Shown here piece by piece: positions 59,747-64,000 of a stretch of DNA of 64,000 nucleotides. Within the stretch, counting starts at the first letter, position 1. Every line of letters begins with the position of its first letter. The notes beneath the pieces are model-generated. The model was given only the letters and a program-made list of their open reading frames with translations, was not told the DNA's origin and made no database searches. The stretch lies in NCBI RefSeq assembly GCF_009914755.1, contig NC_060940.1. The stretch is one strand, 5' to 3'. Origin of the DNA: the human T2T-CHM13v2.0 reference genome, Homo sapiens. The position numbers were made by a program, and so were the translations under genes.

Positions 59747-62700
59747 CAATTACATTCCATGACGATTCCGTTCGAGTCCATTTGATGATTCCATTAGACT
59801 CCATTCGACGATGATTCCATTCGATGTTATTCGATGATTCCATTCGATCTCATTCGTTGATGATTCCATTCAACTCCATTCGATGTTTCCATTCGAGTTC
59901 ATTCTATTATTCCATTAGATTCCATTCGATGATGATTCCATTCGATTCCATTTGATGATTGCATTCTATTTCATTTGATGATGATTCCATTCGAGTCCAC
60001 TCGATGATTCCATTCGAGTCCATTTAATGAATCCATTGGTTTCAATTCTATGATGATTACATTGGATTCCATTCGTTGATGATTTCATTCGGTTCCATTC
60101 AATGATGATTCCATTCAATTCCTTTCAATGTTTCCATTCAATTCCATACGATGATGATTCCATTTGATTTGATTCGACAGTGAGCCATTCGATTCAATTC
60201 CATGATGATTCTATTTGATTCAATTGGTTGACATTTCCATTCGATTCCATTCGATGATGATTCCCTTTGATTCCATTCAAAGATGATTCCATTCTAGCCC
60301 ATTCAATCATTCCATTCGATTCTATTCAATGATGATTCCATTCATGTCGATTTGGTGATTCCATTTGACTTCATTTGATGATGATTCCTTTCAAGTTCAT
60401 TAGATGATTCCATTCGATTCCATTTGATGATGATCCCATTCGAGTCCATTCAGTGATTCCATTCGTTTCCATTCCATGATGATTCCATTCCATTCCATGC
60501 AATGATTCCATTCGATTCCGTTTGATGATGATTTCATTCGAGTCCATTTGATGATTCCATTTGATTCCATTCGATGATGATTCCATTCGAGTCCATTCGA
60601 TGATTCTATTCGAATCCATTTGATGATTTATTTTGATTATAGTTGGTGATGATTCCATTGGAGTCCATTCAATGATTCCATTCGATTCCAATCGATGGTG
60701 ATTCCATTAGAGTCCATTTAATGATTCCATTTGATTCCAGTCTCTGATGATTACATTCGAGTCCATACGATGATTCCACTCAATTCCATATGATGATGAT
60801 TCCATTCGATTCCATTCGATGATTCCATTCTATTCTATTCAATGGTGATTCCATTCGAGTACATTAGATGATTCCATTCGATTCCATTCAATGATGATTC
60901 TATTTGTGTCCCTTAGATGATTCCACATGATTCCATTAGATGATGATACTATTTGAGCCCATCCAATGATTCCCTTCGATTCCATTCGATGAGGATTCCA
61001 TTCGATTCAATTCATTGGTGATTCTATTCAATTCAATTCTTTGATTCCATTGCATTCCATTCGACAATGATTCCATTCGATTTCTTTCGATGATTCCACT
61101 CGATTCCACTTGACATTGATTCCATTCGATTCCATTCAATGATTCCATTTGATTCCAGTGGATGATGATTGCCATCGATTCCATTCGATCACTCCATTCT
61201 ATTCCATTTGATGATGATTACATTCGATTCCATTTGATGATTCCATCTGATTCTATTCGAGGATTCCATTTGATTCCATTCGATGATGATTCCATTCGAG
61301 TCCATTCGATGATTTCATTCGAGTACATCCAATGATTCCATTCGAGTCCATTTGATGATTCCATTTGATTCCATTTGATTATGATTCTACTAGAGTCCAT
61401 TCAATGACTCCATTCGAGTCCATTCAACAATTCCATTCGACTCCATTCGATGATTCCATTGGATTCCATTTGATGATTCCTTTCGAGTCCATTTAATCAT
61501 TACAGTCGAGTCCATTTGGTGATTCCGCTGGATTTCCTTTGATAATGATACCATTCAATTTCATTTGATGATGATTCCATTAGAGTCCATTCGATGATTT
61601 TATTCGAGTCCCTTCATTGATTCCATCCGATTTCATTGGATGATGACTCCATTCGAGTCCATTCGATGATTCCACTCGATTCCATTAGATGATTCCATTG
61701 GAGTCCATTTGATTGTTCCATTCGATTCCATTCGATTCCTTTCGAAGATTATTCCATTTGAGTCCATTCGATGATGATTCCATTCCATTCCATTCGATGA
61801 TTCCGTTTGATTCCATTCGATGATTCCCTTCGATTCCTTTCTTTGATGATTCCATTCCATTCCATTCAATGATTCCATTCGAATCTATTCCATGATGATT
61901 CCTTTCGATTCCATTCGCTGATGTTTCCGTTCAATTCCATTCGATGATGATTCCATTCGATTCCATTCATTGAGGATTCCATTTCATTCCATTCAATGAT
62001 GATTCCATTCTATTCCATTCAATGATTGCATTCAATTCCATTCAATGATCATCCCCTTAGAGTAAACTCAACGATTCCATTCAATACCATTCGATGATGA
62101 TTCCTTTTGAGTCCATTCAATGATTTCGTTCAAGTCCATTTGATGATTCCTTTCAATTCCATTCTATGATGATTCCATTCGAGTCCATTCGATGATTCCA
62201 TTCGATTACATTCGTCGATTCCATTATATTCCATTCAACGATGATTCCATTCGAGTCCATTCGATGATTCCATTAGAGTACATTTAATGATTGCTTTGTT
62301 TTCAATTCGAAGATGATTACATTGGATTCCATTCTATGATACCATTCGATTCCATTCAATGATGATTCCACTCAAATCCATTGGATGATTCCATTCGTGT
62401 CCATTCGGTGATTTCATTAGATTCCATTCGAGGATGATTCCATTCGATTCCATTCGATGATTCCATTCAATTCCATTCGATGATGATTCCATTCGAGTCC
62501 ATATGATCATTCCATTTGATTTCATTCGATGATGATTCCATTCGATTCCATTCGATGATTCCATTCTATTCCATTCGATGATGATTCCATTCGAGTCCAT
62601 TCGATGATTCCATTCGAGTCCATTTAATGATTCCATTGTGTTCAATTCAATGACGATTACATTGGATTCCGTTCTATGATTCCATTCAATTCCGTTCATT

Positions 62701-64000
62701 GACAATTTGATTCCATTCGATGATGATTCCATTTGAGTTCATTCGATGATTCTATTCGATTCTCTTCGATGGTGATTCAATTCTATTATATTGGATGAAT
62801 CCATTCGATTCCATTTGATGTTGATTCAATTCGATTCTATTCGATGATGATTCCATTGGATTTCACTTGATGATTCTATTCGATTCCATTCAATGATGAT
62901 TCACTTCTCGTCCATTGGATGATTCCATTTCATTCCATTCGATGATGATTCCATTCGATTCCATTCGATGATTCCATTCTATTCCATTCGATGATGATTC
63001 CATTCGAGTCCATTCGATGATTCCATTCGAGTCCATTTAATGATTCCATTGTGTTCAATTCAATGACGATTACATTGGATTCCGTTCTATGATTCCATTC
63101 AATTCCGTTCATTGACAATTTGATTCCATTCGATGATGATTCCATTTGAGTTCATTCGATGATTCTATTCGATTCTCTTCGATGGTGATTCAATTCTATT
63201 ATATTGGATGAATCCATTCGATTCCATTTGATGTTGATTCAATTCGATTCTATTCGATGATGATTCCATTGGATTTCACTTGATGATTCTATTCGATTCC
63301 ATTCAATGATGATTCACTTCTCGTCCATTGGATGATTCCATTTCATTCCATTCGATGATGATTCCATTCGATTCCATTCGATGATTCCATTTGATTCCAT
63401 GCGACGGTGAGCAATTCGATTCAATTCCATGATGATTCTATTTGATTCAATTAGATGATGTTTCCATTCGAATTCGTTCCATGAATATTCCATTGGAATC
63501 CATTCGGCGATGATTCCATATGAGTCAATTCAATGATGATTCCATATGGGTCCGTTCGATGATAATTCCATTTGATTTCATTCGATGCTTCTATTGTATT
63601 CCAGTCGATGATGATTCCGTTGGAGTCCATACGATGATTCCATTTGATTTCATTTGATGATGATTCCATTCGATGATGATTACATTGGATTCCATTCTAT
63701 GATTCCATTCAATTCCATTCGTTGATTCGATTCCATTCAATGATGATTCCATTTGAGTTCATTCGATGATTCCATTCGATTCCATTCGATGATGATTGGA
63801 TTCGATTCCATTTGATTATTTCATTTCATTCCATTCGTTAATGATTTCGATCAATTCCATTCAAAGATTCCATTCGATTCCATTCGATAATGATTACATC
63901 CGAGTCCATTCGATGATTCCATTTGAGCCTGTTCGATAATTCCATTTGAGTCCAACCAATGATTCCATTCATTTCCATTCAATGATTCCATTCGAGTCCA
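59747..64000 (+). repeat. Unit 12 (partial): deleted variant type B
   Basis: 26-bp loss near 61555, 413-bp duplication at 62561-63386, 478-bp junction near 63770. Truncated by the window end. Confidence 0.9.
62561..63386 (+). repeat. 413-bp tandem duplication (second type B unit)
   Basis: Same markers doubled; ORF-track ends 62732 and 63145 differ by 413. Confidence 0.92.

Larger units (their letters stand above)
1..64000 (+). repeat. HSATII: Human satellite II (HSat2) array, probably HSat2B (6.1-kb period)
   Basis: Continuous diverged CATTC repeats with CATTCGATTC, GATGAT and GAGTCC motifs in 23/26-bp monomers, unlike the simpler (CATTC)n of HSat3. No unique-sequence interruption seen. The HSat2B/chr16 assignment is inferred from the 6112-bp period. 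Confidence 0.97.

Noticed and set aside
625-63669. Many short minus-strand ORFs (60-132 aa; MESNGIIEW/WNHRM-like)
   Set aside because: They are low-complexity translations of the GAATG strand, which is rich in ATG. They overlap in several frames, recur with the unit period and resemble no real protein family.
1-64000. CRISPR-like 23-26-bp repeats
   Set aside because: The repeats are directly tandem with no unique spacers, leader or cas genes.
1-64000. HSat3 or alpha satellite identity
   Set aside because: Pure CATTC runs are only a few copies long and CGAT/GATGAT/GAGTC motifs dominate. There is no 171-bp period and I saw no CENP-B box.
1-64000. Inversion or embedded L1/Alu
   Set aside because: No GAATG-dominated segment on the + strand, poly(A) tract or non-satellite sequence was seen.

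Overview
All 64 kb is one uninterrupted array of human satellite II (HSATII/HSat2), built from CATTC-derived 23- and 26-bp monomers (e.g. GATTCCATTCGATTCCATTCGATGAT, GATTCCATTCGAGTCCATTCGAT), with CATTC on the + strand throughout. I see no genes, RNA genes or transposons, and the ORFs are translation artefacts of the satellite. The structure is at the higher-order level. A landmark (CAATTACATTCCATGACG) recurs at 1, 3191, 9241, 15379, 21514, 27626, 33734, 39846, 45984, 50434, 55294 and 59747, giving units of 3190, 6050, 6138, 6135, 6112, 6108, 6112, 6138, 4450, 4860, 4453 bp and a final partial unit. The ~6.1-kb period fits the HSat2B subfamily best known from chr16q11.2 (inference). From 45984 the array switches to a doubly deleted unit (-478 and -1158 bp) in two alternating forms that make a nested ~9.31-kb dimer. 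Every unit length was reconciled by eye with specific indels. Each unit except the first carries one match to the DUX4 consensus. I found no protein-coding or defence-type system; the interest is satellite architecture and evolution.
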